From: a virus
Lineage: Duplodnaviria; Caudoviricetes
Reading direction: 5' to 3' (one strand)
DNA: 43,669 nucleotides
IMG/VR virus record: IMGVR_UViG_3300031627_000002
Location: 1-43,669 of that record
The notes beneath the pieces are model-generated. The model saw only the letters and a list, made by a program, of their open reading frames with translations. It was not told the origin of the DNA and made no database searches. This document shows, one piece after another, positions 24,601 to 34,606 of this stretch (position 1 is its first letter; each line of letters begins with the position of its first letter). The position numbers and the translations under genes are program-made.

Positions 24601-26565
24601 CTAATACGACATAGCCCTTCCAGCAGGTGTTTCTTCCCATGTGTCGCCATACACACAAGCCTGTGGATCGTAAAACAAGGTCAATCGTGCCCCTTGCAGC
24701 CCAAACTCAGACCTACACTTATCTATATGGACGGCAGCCGCAGGGTGTTCCACTGTCTTGCCTGGAAGTATCCTTTCCACAACTATGCCCGTATGCGCGT
24801 CTTGGCGAATAGCGCTCGCACCTTTCAAGTCACCTAACTTGACCCTTCGTTGCTGGGCAATAGACATATTGTTTGGGTGGCAGATAAGAACAATAGTCAT
24901 CTCTAAATGAACAGATAATGTAGCGTAGTCACGCACCACTGCCTCTATTGCTTTTCTCTCATCATCTGCGTTTTGAACCATGAACCCAAGATGATCAATA
25001 ACAGCGAACCTTACGTCCCGTCTTCTAGAAGAGTAACTAAGAAGATCTCTCATTTGGTCTGTTGCAAGCTCCCCATAATGATCGACCATGTAGATAGGTA
25101 GCCCACCAAGGGTCGCCATCGCATTTGCTCTTGTCGCCTGATCGACCTGTGTAAAATCTCCACCGACTTCTGCTCTTAAGAGTTTCTGTACAGTCCCTAT
25201 CGGCCTTTGCTCAAACGAGGTCAGCAAGACACCAACACCTCTCCTCGCTTGCTCAAGAGCCAGCCATGTCACAAAGCTCGTTTTCCCTGCTGCCGTGTCG
25301 CCTGTTACGACAACCAGTTCGGGCCTCCATCCTCCAAGTGCTTCCTCCATTTTTTGGGAGCCTATCGGTAATCCTTTATGGTTTTGTGGTGAGCTAACTA
25401 ACCTTTCAACTTCCATAGCATAGGCGTCCACCCTAACAAGACCAGCCTCCAATAATGGCTGAGCATTATCAAGAGCAATCATTATCCTTTTTGAAGAGTG
25501 CCCTTTTTCCAGACACTCTGCGGGATCATTTTCTGGGAGCTTTGCGCGGCTACATCTATCCCTACCAAGCTTGTCCGCTACACCTTTAGCGCCCTTTTCC
25601 CCAGCAGCATCAGTATCATAAACAATGACAAAATGTCTATATGGCTCCAGAACATCAAGCCACTCGTCATCCCACGTGCCTGCACCACCAGTACCGCTAA
25701 CTACATTGTCTTTTATACCGAGTTGCCACAAAGCAATAACATCTAGCTCACCCTCACATATATATACATCGTCTGACTTATCTTCTTGTTTTAGCTGCTT
25801 CACACCAAAGAGTGTTGTTGGCCTTCCTGGGCACCGAAGGTAGATCTTCTTTACTTCCCCTACTTCGTGGCACTTCCTACAACCCGCCCCATCACAATAC
25901 AGGCAAGGCCCAGGAACACTCCTAAAGCGCATATTGACGCATTTTCCGTCTTTATCTAAAACTGGTATCGCTACAAACTGTTCTACTATTTTACCATCGT
26001 TATTTTTGATGATTAAAGCGCCTACATACCAAGCTTTAAGTGACTCCTCCGAGAACCCCCTACCTTGTAGGTATGACAAAACTAAAGCACCGTCACTACC
26101 CCACAAGGCTGCCTCGCAATCAGGCAATATATCCTTATGCCACTTATATTTGGGGTTGATATAAGGCTTAGGTGCGTACCTGTCCTTTTTCTGTTTTTGA
26201 GTCTGGACAGCTTTGCTAATCCGATAACCCCCCCCCTTATTTTCCACAGCCCCTACCATCCCCCATTTCTGGAATTTTTTGGCTATTCTATTTTTTGCTT
26301 CCGCTCCACAACTAGCTAAGGTTTTCCCCTCTAAAGCGTAGGCTGCGAGTTGTATAGCGTCACCGCTTATATCACACTTAAAACACCGCCACCCAGAACC
26401 CTCCCCGTTGACCCCAACTGGGCCTCTTTTATCGGTCGATCCACGGGTTACAACATGGCACCCTGGACATGGGCTAATCCCATTACCTCTTGTTTTTTTG
26501 TAGTTTAGGTTAGTTGCTACCTCCCAAACACTTGCACTTTTCAATTCATCTATCCATTTGTTCAC
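24601..26565 (-). CDS. DNA primase-helicase (T7 gp4/Twinkle-like; Zn finger, TOPRIM, SF4 helicase)
   Basis: CPGC...CFKC; CEGELD and YDTDAAG TOPRIM motifs; GDTAAGKT; IDHL; DLKGASAIRQDA; KCR. Confidence 0.92.
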   Translation of the reverse strand: MNKWIDELKSASVWEVATNLNYKKTRGNGISPCPGCHVVTRGSTDKRGPVGVNGEGSGWRCFKCDISGDAIQLAAYALEGKTLASCGAEAKNRIAKKFQKWGMVGAVENKGGGYRISKAVQTQKQKKDRYAPKPYINPKYKWHKDILPDCEAALWGSDGALVLSYLQGRGFSEESLKAWYVGALIIKNNDGKIVEQFVAIPVLDKDGKCVNMRFRSVPGPCLYCDGAGCRKCHEVGEVKKIYLRCPGRPTTLFGVKQLKQEDKSDDVYICEGELDVIALWQLGIKDNVVSGTGGAGTWDDEWLDVLEPYRHFVIVYDTDAAGEKGAKGVADKLGRDRCSRAKLPENDPAECLEKGHSSKRIMIALDNAQPLLEAGLVRVDAYAMEVERLVSSPQNHKGLPIGSQKMEEALGGWRPELVVVTGDTAAGKTSFVTWLALEQARRGVGVLLTSFEQRPIGTVQKLLRAEVGGDFTQVDQATRANAMATLGGLPIYMVDHYGELATDQMRDLLSYSSRRRDVRFAVIDHLGFMVQNADDERKAIEAVVRDYATLSVHLEMTIVLICHPNNMSIAQQRRVKLGDLKGASAIRQDAHTGIVVERILPGKTVEHPAAAVHIDKCRSEFGLQGARLTLFYDPQACVYGDTWEETPAGRAMSY

Positions 26566-27691
26566 TGTTTCCCCGTTCTTTAATCATGTAAAGGTTATTT
26601 CCATCAGCAGATCTTTCAGCACAGATTATTGGGTACCCAAGCCCCCGTAATTCTGAAATCCTCGCTGAATATTTCAATGCTATTCCTGCTAATTCAGCAG
26701 TGCGGACACCGTTGCTGCCTTTGTCCTTAAATAACCGCAGTATTCTCCTACACTGGGCATTCAATCGCTTTGGGCGTGGGCTTGGCGTTGTCACCGTACC
26801 TGCTGGCACTGGCTTCTCTAGCGCCCCCTGTTGCCCCACTGCACCGCCATCTCGCGTAGTACGCCTACGGCTCCTGTAAGCCGCCATAGGGCCAAGGTCG
26901 GTACCGTCACCCATCGCTGTTGACTTTCTCTCTGTTTCAAGCCACTCGCTCACCATCTGAAGCCTAGACTCAATTTTTTTGCCAACTAAAAGATTATCTA
27001 ACCCTAGGTATTTCCTGCCACTTTGGTTACCGCCTCGCCAAAATTTAGGGCCAGGTTCATCTGCCTCGTAAGCGTAACGAATAAGGTTTACGATCTGCTC
27101 TACCGTTGCGTTTCTTAACCCCCCCCTTATTGTTTCTTGGGTAGCAGGACCGAGCTTGCAAGCCGCTGGCCTTACTTGGCGCTTTTTCCATTCCTCATAA
27201 ACAGTAGATACTTCACTGCTCGTAGTTGCAACACCCGTGGACTTAGCAGCCCCCCAAGCGCGAGGACAAGCCTGTTTAGCTTGTGCTTCTGTTGGCCTCC
27301 ACCCACGCCGCCTCTCTAAACAAGAGATCACTTTTTCTTTGGGTGGTGGCGGCAAGTTTAAGTTTCTATCTATTGCAAACCTGCCCCTAGAGGGTTGCTC
27401 TGTAGAGAACCTAGCCACCCAAGCATACTCACTATCACCAGCAACCCATACGGTTACTTCACCAGAAGCCTCCAAGTCAACAAGATCAATTGGGTTCATC
27501 TTTGAACGGTATATCTCTACAATACCGTCCCTATCTGATCTAGACATCAGCTCTAATAATGCTAATTTTGTACTTGGATCTAAGGTTTCAACCCCACGAT
27601 CAAGCCAAAACGATGCTCTCAATACAAAGTCTACACGATTCATTGGTACCCCGAAGGGCGCAAGGCAGTTCCGCTTATGCCTTGCGCCCAT
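26546..27691 (-). CDS. Putative replication protein with C-terminal winged HTH
   Basis: Lies upstream of the primase-helicase; C-terminal YSARISELRGLGYPI is HTH-like. Likely start MNRVDF. Confidence 0.55.
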   Translation of the reverse strand: MGARHKRNCLAPFGVPMNRVDFVLRASFWLDRGVETLDPSTKLALLELMSRSDRDGIVEIYRSKMNPIDLVDLEASGEVTVWVAGDSEYAWVARFSTEQPSRGRFAIDRNLNLPPPPKEKVISCLERRRGWRPTEAQAKQACPRAWGAAKSTGVATTSSEVSTVYEEWKKRQVRPAACKLGPATQETIRGGLRNATVEQIVNLIRYAYEADEPGPKFWRGGNQSGRKYLGLDNLLVGKKIESRLQMVSEWLETERKSTAMGDGTDLGPMAAYRSRRRTTRDGGAVGQQGALEKPVPAGTVTTPSPRPKRLNAQCRRILRLFKDKGSNGVRTAELAGIALKYSARISELRGLGYPIICAERSADGNNLYMIKERGNSEQMDR

Positions 27692-27709
27692 TGTTCTAAA
27701 TGTATTTGC

Positions 27710-28216
27710 CTAAAAAGGGATATCAGAATTATTGCCAGCTTTAGCCTGACCCTGCGTATGGAACTCTTCTGCTTTACCAAGCATCTCTTCCATCTCATCG
27801 GTAATATCCCCGCCCCAGATAGAATAACGTTGACAGCGCACCCGCATAGCCCCGTCAAGCGCTGGCTCATCCTCACATTGAACCATGATAGGCGCAGACA
27901 TAATCACGTTGTCAGTAGCACTTTCATCCTCTGCGTCCCAAGGCTCATTAGTTCCTGCTGCACGCGCAAATTGCGACAGCTTCCAAGCAGCCCGTTCTGT
28001 AAGTGTAAACGTGTCCCAAATGAACCCGCCAACATCCGTCCCGCCATCTGGATCTTCCACACACAGGAACCTAACATCAACTTTGACGTTTCCTGCTTTG
28101 GATTCTCCCCATTTAGTCCCAGCAGCCCACAATACTTTGCTTCCTGCTCTGACTTTTGGTCTTCGCTCGCCGCCACTACTGCCGCCCTCTTCTGTTGGAT
28201 TAATAATAAGTGCCAT
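27710..28216 (-). CDS. Putative ssDNA-binding protein (DUF669-like OB fold)
   Basis: SKAGN, AAWKL and C-terminal DIPF tail; follows a Sak4-like ATPase. Confidence 0.7.
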   Translation of the reverse strand: MALIINPTEEGGSSGGERRPKVRAGSKVLWAAGTKWGESKAGNVKVDVRFLCVEDPDGGTDVGGFIWDTFTLTERAAWKLSQFARAAGTNEPWDAEDESATDNVIMSAPIMVQCEDEPALDGAMRVRCQRYSIWGGDITDEMEEMLGKAEEFHTQGQAKAGNNSDIPF

Positions 28217-28218
28217 CT

Positions 28219-29028
28219 TTACTCCTGTTTGCTGGCTTGTTGCCTGCGTTGTCTACGTTGTTTTTTGGGTTGTTTTGGATCTTCAGCAACACTAAGGTTC
28301 CCAACCTCTTTGTTGCCGATTTTTGCGAGCATAGCCGTAACATCAGGTTCTTCTGTTGCATCAAGTCCAGGCAGCCCTTTAGTGAGGTAATTAGATGGCC
28401 CACGGAACATCACCCTGTGCCTTATCTCTACCTCTTCTCCTTCAGTGACTTGCTCCCTATAAACATAGCCAACAGCGGAAAAGTATCCACAAATCTCATT
28501 AGGCATTTTCCTCCCATCAAAAGATGGCATGGCATACCTGATCCCTGTTGACTCATCTGTTTCGTATTGGGCGAGCGCGGTACAAACGATGGTAAACGGC
28601 AAGTCACGTACCGTCCTGATCATCTTACGCATCCGATCAGTAAGCACACCCCAATCTGCAAGCGAGAACTTTACGTTCGCTCCTGGAGCATTTCCCTTCT
28701 GCATAAGTATGTCATCACGGATCAATCTCTGCATTTCAGTGAGTGAATCAATAATGATTGTTTCGCAGCCAGTTTCCTCCTTTAGCCTGCCGCTCATAGC
28801 ATCTTGAAAAAATGAATATACAGTTTGTAAGTTATTCGCCTCAACAACAATGGCATCAGGGTTAGTTGCCTGTATTGTCATCAAACCATTAGGCTCAACA
28901 AGCAAGATAACTGGGTTAGGTGCTGTACAGCAGAGCCGCGTCTTCCCAGTGCCGCTATCCCCTATAAATAATAGCTTGGCTTGTTTTGGAAGATCTATAG
29001 CTTTCTTGTAAATTAGAACATCGGACAT
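28219..29028 (-). CDS. AAA_24/Sak4-like recombination ATPase
   Basis: GDSGTGKT, IIIDSLTEMQ and DWG motifs. Confidence 0.8.
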   Translation of the reverse strand: MSDVLIYKKAIDLPKQAKLLFIGDSGTGKTRLCCTAPNPVILLVEPNGLMTIQATNPDAIVVEANNLQTVYSFFQDAMSGRLKEETGCETIIIDSLTEMQRLIRDDILMQKGNAPGANVKFSLADWGVLTDRMRKMIRTVRDLPFTIVCTALAQYETDESTGIRYAMPSFDGRKMPNEICGYFSAVGYVYREQVTEGEEVEIRHRVMFRGPSNYLTKGLPGLDATEEPDVTAMLAKIGNKEVGNLSVAEDPKQPKKQRRQRRQQASKQE

Positions 29029-30416
29029 GGTTTACTCTCCTTACTTGTGTTTTTATTTTCTCTTTCAATAAAATGAATTTCATCTCGCTTCTTCTTGCCT
29101 GTATTCGGGCTGTTCAGCATGGAGTCAATTACTAGATCAAGATCAGATCCCCCCTCCATACAAATGCCAGCATATGAACATGAGCTTCCTGGGCCTCTAC
29201 AAAACGGTACCCGTGGAAAAGATGACAGCACAGCCTCTTCAGTCGGTGCAGTTACCAAAGATCTGCGCATCTTAGCGAACCTTTGCGCATCTACTAAAAG
29301 CTCAGCTTTATACCTATCAATCACAGATTTTGCTGGATTCCCCCATTCTCTATGGAATAGTTTCGGATCTACAGTTTGCCTCAACTGCTTTACAAAATCT
29401 TTCAGCTTACTAACGTCATCTACTGAGTAGTCAGCGGTACTTCCTGACTGTCCGCTAATAATAAGATCAACAGCTTCCTTATACTTCCAGCTTGGGCAAT
29501 TTTGTTTCGCTGTAGAAATCTTTCCAGAAGCTAAAACACGAGGCTCTGTCTGCTTTCTGCTAGATGAAACGTCCCAGATATACCCTTTAACATCTCCAAG
29601 ATTAAGATATTCTGCTGCTGCTATATATCCTGGAAGCTGATTATCTAAGTGCAGATCTTTTCCATAAGAGGTTGGGTTTGCTGATGTCTTAAACTCTAAT
29701 ACATAAAGATCTTTAGTCACTTTATGCCTAAGTAAGCAATCAAGCCTCCCTATTTGGTACCAAGGCAAGCGTATCATTCGCCAAGGCATTTTCTCCCTGA
29801 AAGAAGCAAGCCTCCACCCCTTACCTTCCCCTAAATCAACAATGGGAACTTGAGACTTATAAATCTTACCGCTTGCATTCAATACTGGTAAAGCAACTGG
29901 CACCTCAACAGCTAAAACATCAAAGTCCTTTGGGCCGTTTATTCCATAAACATGCAAGTACCCAACTGCTGTATCGTGCAAAGACTTCAGTAAACCATCA
30001 ATCCCTCCATACTTTTCGGCTTGCCTGCCCCAATATTCTGGATCTGACTGCAACTCTTCCGAGATGCGAGCAAGCGGCCCAAAACCGCCGCCCCCACACC
30101 GCTTACAAGATGTGTGCAAACCCGATACATGGGCTGCGCCGCCGCACACGTATAAACAAGTCTCTGAATAAGCTAAACCACCCTCGCCCCAATGGAGGTA
30201 CATATCCTCAAGAATAGTGTGGTAAAAAGAACCCCATTGCATCGCAATACTTGGAAGCCCATTTATTAGCCTTCCATAAGAAAACAACCAGCGACGGCTG
30301 CACCAAGCCTCTCTCCGCTCACTGTTTGTAAGCACCATCGCAGCACTTGGCAGCCCTGCAATAGGCTCCCCGTCATATCTAGGCGCTTCTGTCTTGTATG
30401 GTTTGAACTGTCTCAT
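29013..30416 (-). CDS. PD-(D/E)XK exonuclease (RecB/Cas4-like)
   Basis: GSFYH, VE, GRLD, LEFKTS, QLPGY and terminal C...C..C. Confidence 0.8.
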   Translation of the reverse strand: MRQFKPYKTEAPRYDGEPIAGLPSAAMVLTNSERREAWCSRRWLFSYGRLINGLPSIAMQWGSFYHTILEDMYLHWGEGGLAYSETCLYVCGGAAHVSGLHTSCKRCGGGGFGPLARISEELQSDPEYWGRQAEKYGGIDGLLKSLHDTAVGYLHVYGINGPKDFDVLAVEVPVALPVLNASGKIYKSQVPIVDLGEGKGWRLASFREKMPWRMIRLPWYQIGRLDCLLRHKVTKDLYVLEFKTSANPTSYGKDLHLDNQLPGYIAAAEYLNLGDVKGYIWDVSSSRKQTEPRVLASGKISTAKQNCPSWKYKEAVDLIISGQSGSTADYSVDDVSKLKDFVKQLRQTVDPKLFHREWGNPAKSVIDRYKAELLVDAQRFAKMRRSLVTAPTEEAVLSSFPRVPFCRGPGSSCSYAGICMEGGSDLDLVIDSMLNSPNTGKKKRDEIHFIERENKNTSKESKPCPMF

Positions 30417-30503
30417 ATTGCCCTCCTACTGGCATTACTTTTATAGGGTTAGGTTTTGCTTTACACAACATAAATAACGTATGGGTGGGACAAAATATGT
30501 CCG

Positions 30504-30734
30504 CTACCTACACGCTATTGAATAATGGCTGCCAGACCTACTTCTAACCGTGACGCTGCGTGATGTTACGCGAATAACGCGATCACCACCGCCCATTACT
30601 TGCCCTGCTCTAAATGCAGAGCATGGAACAGAAGCGCCTCTTCGGTGCAAGCGATCCTCCTCCCAACTCTTCAACGCTTGTGGTGGGATATAGCAACCAG
30701 AGCAAAAAACAGCGGCTAACAATAACTTAAGCAT
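30504..30734 (-). CDS. Small putative lipoprotein
   Basis: Signal peptide with lipobox-like CSGC; GGAGG RBS. Confidence 0.55.
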   Translation of the reverse strand: MLKLLLAAVFCSGCYIPPQALKSWEEDRLHRRGASVPCSAFRAGQVMGGGDRVIRVTSRSVTVRSRSGSHYSIACR

Positions 30735-30894
30735 TGTTTACCTCCGCTGCTAAAGAGGCAGCAGCCTGCTTAGCTTCATTTTCGGTTTGGTATGAAAGGT
30801 TGTCCTTATCTGGGTGCAGCACCCACCACTTGTCGCCCATTTGGACTACCCGTATACCTTCGCTATAAATATTGTTTGTAATGTGTTGCGCCAT
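30727..30894 (-). CDS. Small hypothetical protein (55 aa), not in ORF track
   Basis: Manual translation MAQHITNNIYSEGIRVVQMGDKWWVLHP...; RBS GTAGGAGGGCAA. Confidence 0.6.
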   Translation of the reverse strand: MAQHITNNIYSEGIRVVQMGDKWWVLHPDKDNLSYQTENEAKQAAASLAAEVNNA

Positions 30895-30938
30895 ATTGCC
30901 CTCCTACAAGCATTATAAATAGTGTACCCCAATAGTGG

Positions 30939-31166
30939 TTATTTTGCAACCACTAATTTTGGTAGAACTATATTTTTGCCGACAAGAGATGATTTCTTCA
31001 AATCACTACGTTTAAAGTCACTTATTTCACTATAGCTTGTGCGAACACCTTCATGCTTTACTGATACTTTGTACAGTGCTTGCTTACCTATGAAAAACCT
31101 ATCAATAACGACACCTATGTTACCATCTGGCGTCATAACCTCATCATGCAAATTGATTCTAGCCAC
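30939..31166 (-). CDS. Small SH3/KOW-like hypothetical protein
   Basis: 75 aa; DEVMTPDGNIGVV; GGAGG RBS. Confidence 0.6.
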   Translation of the reverse strand: MARINLHDEVMTPDGNIGVVIDRFFIGKQALYKVSVKHEGVRTSYSEISDFKRSDLKKSSLVGKNIVLPKLVVAK

Positions 31167-32811
31167 ACTCGCCTCCTTTTTTAGTTTTTAAAAGCTCATT
31201 TTTAATTGCTGATATCGCCATTTCAGCAGGCACTACTTTTGGTATCTTCGCGTTGATTGCGCTCTTGTAAGCCATCGCCCTGTTTTTCCATTGTCTACGG
31301 TATACAGGATCGTTATCAATAAGATCAACGACAAGTGGCGTTTGCTTGCCTTCCGAGACACGCATAGCGCGACCTATCCTTTGAATAGCCCTGCCGCCTG
31401 CCCTACCTGTACTTGCATTCACAAGGTAATCAAGATTCGGTATATCTAACCCTTCATCTGCTAGCTGCGTGGCAACAATAGCTTGCAGCTTACCTTTCCT
31501 TAAATCTTCCAAAGCATATTCCCTGGCCTTCTTATTCATCTTGCCAGTAACCGCCTTGCAGTCTATTCCTTTTTGGCTCAATTGATCTGCTAGCCAATAT
31601 GCCAAGTTAACTCTAGGGACTAAAATTAAACAGGTTCTACCGTCTTCAGCGCCCTCTAGGCTAACATCAACTAAAAACTGCCTCCTCTCTTTATTGTTAC
31701 ACAACCAATTCAAAGCCATTGCGCTTTTTTTGGTTCCACCTTTATCTCTACCCCAAGCGGAAGAAGGCACCATGATTCCCGTTTCCACAGGAAGTATGCT
31801 CGGCATCATAAGGTACCCCTGCTCTACAAGGTGCCTCGGCTTCATTGAGAAGAGCTGCGGGCCTATGAACATTGGGAGTAAGCATCCCCAACCATCTGGT
31901 CTATCTGGGGTTGCTGTCAATCCCCAACGATATCTTGCGGGAATTTCCTTGAATAGAGATCTGAAGCTATCTGCTGGCGCATGGTGGCACTCATCAAGTA
32001 AAACAACACCCGCAGAAGCCAATAAACCTTTCCTCTTCAAAGGGTTCGCGTGTAGTGTTTGAACCATAGCAATTGCGATTTCATTATCGCCTAACTGCCT
32101 CCACCTGTAATCCCCGCCGCCAGAATTAACTCTCCTCACATCAGTCGCGTACATATTTTCAAACACCCCAGCCCACTGGAGTAGAAGATCCTCAGTATGC
32201 ACCAAAACAATTGAAGGTTGCCCAGTCGCGACAACGGCTGCCGCACCCAAGACTGTTTTCCCCGCGCCGCATGGCAAAGCAATATACCCTTGAACAGATT
32301 GTATGAGTTTATTGCAAGCCTCTATTTGGTATGGTCTTAAATCAACACCAAGATCCTGACAGTTAAGAATAGCTTTTGATCTATTGGTTACTTTTATCCC
32401 GCCATCAACATTGATTGCGTAACCGTGCCTTTTTGCTAAGCGAGCAATTTTAGAAAAAGCCCCCCGTGGCAAGATAATTTCCTCTTCCCACTGCGGGCCA
32501 TTCCGCACTCTATAAAACTTTACGTGCTGCTGTAAGTGCCCATTGCTCAAACCCATTCTTTGCCGCTTTTCTAACTCTGGGTTTTTAATCACAAAATGCT
32601 GCGCTATAGCCCAACGAAGTTTGTCTGGCATTGCTGCATGATCTAGGATCAACTCAGCGCCTACTCTTGCTTTTATAATTTTCAATTTTCCATTATTCAA
32701 AAAGGCGAGGGGAGGGGTAAAGGTATGAATAAGGCTGAAACCTAACCGCTTATAGTAGGAGGGCGGCCCCCTCCCCTCTATTACTTTAGGGCTTAACGCC
32801 GTTTTTCGCAT
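31159..32811 (-). CDS. Superfamily II DNA helicase (DEAD/DEAH, UvsW/XPB-like)
   Basis: LRPYQ, PCGAGKT, DECHH, GLTATP, EGLDIP and QRIGRAMR; true start probably downstream of 32811. Confidence 0.92.
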   Translation of the reverse strand: MRKTALSPKVIEGRGPPSYYKRLGFSLIHTFTPPLAFLNNGKLKIIKARVGAELILDHAAMPDKLRWAIAQHFVIKNPELEKRQRMGLSNGHLQQHVKFYRVRNGPQWEEEIILPRGAFSKIARLAKRHGYAINVDGGIKVTNRSKAILNCQDLGVDLRPYQIEACNKLIQSVQGYIALPCGAGKTVLGAAAVVATGQPSIVLVHTEDLLLQWAGVFENMYATDVRRVNSGGGDYRWRQLGDNEIAIAMVQTLHANPLKRKGLLASAGVVLLDECHHAPADSFRSLFKEIPARYRWGLTATPDRPDGWGCLLPMFIGPQLFSMKPRHLVEQGYLMMPSILPVETGIMVPSSAWGRDKGGTKKSAMALNWLCNNKERRQFLVDVSLEGAEDGRTCLILVPRVNLAYWLADQLSQKGIDCKAVTGKMNKKAREYALEDLRKGKLQAIVATQLADEGLDIPNLDYLVNASTGRAGGRAIQRIGRAMRVSEGKQTPLVVDLIDNDPVYRRQWKNRAMAYKSAINAKIPKVVPAEMAISAIKNELLKTKKGGECG

Positions 32812-32858
32812 CTTTTGTGCGGTTTTAATGCAAACTACCTATATGTATATGTAGCCCT

Positions 32859-32905
32859 TAAAAAAAGCCCCCACCAGATTGTTAAAAAGCGGTCTGATGG
32901 GGGCA
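32859..32905 (-). terminator. Rho-independent terminator on minus strand
   Basis: GCCCCCATCAGAC...ATCTGGTGGGGGC followed by T7. Confidence 0.7.
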
Positions 32906-33010
32906 GAGTTCCAATAATGGAGTACAAACTCTTAGCCGAGAAAGCCAAGAGAGCGGCAACTAAACTAGACAGTAAGCACCAATAAATTCACGATAACCTA
33001 AGAGAACTAA

Positions 33011-34606
33011 TTGAATGATTTAATTGCAAATGGATTGTATCACCCTTGCGTTACGGCATCAAGTAAAGCAAGCAGTATTGACACAGAGTACCAATTTGCT
33101 TTTAATTCGATCAAAAGATCTGTCTGCACGAGAAGTGCCGTATCTAATGCAGGGAAAGCCCTACTTTGGGTAATGGGGGAATTGAAAGCCCATCAAATAC
33201 AAGAAGTTAAGTCTGGGTATTGGTATTTAGAACTTTGCCCTACTTATTTGTCATCAATACCATCTGTCACTAGATGGGCGGCTGGTAACGCATGGAAGCA
33301 AATCAAAAAAGATTTAGGCTGGACTGAGGTTTCCTTATCTAGTGCTGCCTCAATGGGGGCAAAGATAAGGAAACTATCGTTTGGCCAAAAGTGGGGAAGG
33401 CATATACTTCTCACCACTAAAAATAAGTGCTTTCTGTTAGAGGTAGCCCGCAGGTTCAGGCACGCTGGTTTTTTTGAACGGTTCAGTGGGCCTAAGAGCG
33501 CCTCAAAGGTATTTATTGGCACGGTGCCAATACCCGCCAAGTTGCGAGCATTACAAGGGCATATAGGGAAGCGCACGGCTGCTGCTAAGTGCCCTAATAC
33601 CAAAGCCCATAAACACGCAGATAAGTCACCATCTCTAATACTGTGGCGCACTGGTAATGAGCATAAAAGTGGAGCTAAATGTTTTACCTGCGAGAAAACA
33701 TATGCTGTGGAGTATTCTGACAGCAAAGCCAGATTGTTTACACCACATAAAACGACATTTGTTGGCACCCAAACTACTGTAACTACTAAAAAACCCAGAC
33801 ACCAGCACAATAATAACCTACTAGCTAAAGGATCTAATCCTATAGGTGGTTTAGTCTCTACAGTTAAAGCAAACAATAGCTATCTTAGTGCTAAGCTTTT
33901 TAGCTATATTACAGACAATACAGGGTACACAACCAGAAGCATTGGGCATAAACTCCAGAATGAGCCAATACAAATACTAAAATGGTCTGAAGCTCGCAGC
34001 AAAGGGGCTAAATCAACAGATATAGCCCTTACAATTCAGCGCCTTTATAGTAAGGATGTAAGCCAAGGGCAAAAGCACATACTCCCAACCTCTCTATGCT
34101 CTGTCTCGCAAATGAAGCCTACTGAATGGGAGGAAGCATCGTTTGGTATTAGGCCATCTAAGTGGGGTGCTTTTAGGCAATCGTGGGTATTGTTTGATCT
34201 AGATAATATAGCGGGCTTGGGGGAAGATCTATCTCCAATAATCAATAGTATTGAGTCCAATATTGGATCTAATAGTGAGTGTAGTGGGCGCAGCGCCATA
34301 GTCCAAACTGGCCCATCTGGTATTCAAATTTGGGTGGAGCTTAGGGAGAATAGATTCAATCCAAACGCTTGGTTTGCAAACAAGGATGTTAGGGTTTGGT
34401 ATTCGCACCTAGGCGCGAAGTTGCTAAATAGTTTTCACGAAATTGGGTGTATCGGTGGAAAAGTAGACATGGCTTGCTTTGCTGCGGGAAGGTTTGGCAG
34501 AAGGCCAGGGTGGAGACTACTGCCTACTGGAAATGTATTCAGGTCTAGATTAGTTAGTACCCAATGCGAGAGAGTTAGGTTCGCCCGTAATCATCCTCGA
34601 TCCTGA
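33011..34606 (+). CDS. Large hypothetical protein; Zn finger plus possible AEP/Prim-Pol-like C-terminal domain
   Basis: 531 aa; CPN..H...CFTC; VLFDLD and QTGPSGIQIWV resemble AEP motifs I and II. Confidence 0.6.
   Translation: MNDLIANGLYHPCVTASSKASSIDTEYQFAFNSIKRSVCTRSAVSNAGKALLWVMGELKAHQIQEVKSGYWYLELCPTYLSSIPSVTRWAAGNAWKQIKKDLGWTEVSLSSAASMGAKIRKLSFGQKWGRHILLTTKNKCFLLEVARRFRHAGFFERFSGPKSASKVFIGTVPIPAKLRALQGHIGKRTAAAKCPNTKAHKHADKSPSLILWRTGNEHKSGAKCFTCEKTYAVEYSDSKARLFTPHKTTFVGTQTTVTTKKPRHQHNNNLLAKGSNPIGGLVSTVKANNSYLSAKLFSYITDNTGYTTRSIGHKLQNEPIQILKWSEARSKGAKSTDIALTIQRLYSKDVSQGQKHILPTSLCSVSQMKPTEWEEASFGIRPSKWGAFRQSWVLFDLDNIAGLGEDLSPIINSIESNIGSNSECSGRSAIVQTGPSGIQIWVELRENRFNPNAWFANKDVRVWYSHLGAKLLNSFHEIGCIGGKVDMACFAAGRFGRRPGWRLLPTGNVFRSRLVSTQCERVRFARNHPRS

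Noticed and set aside
20960-28551. Long plus-strand ORFs such as 20960..21553 and 27677..28390
   Set aside because: Antisense shadows of well-supported minus-strand genes.
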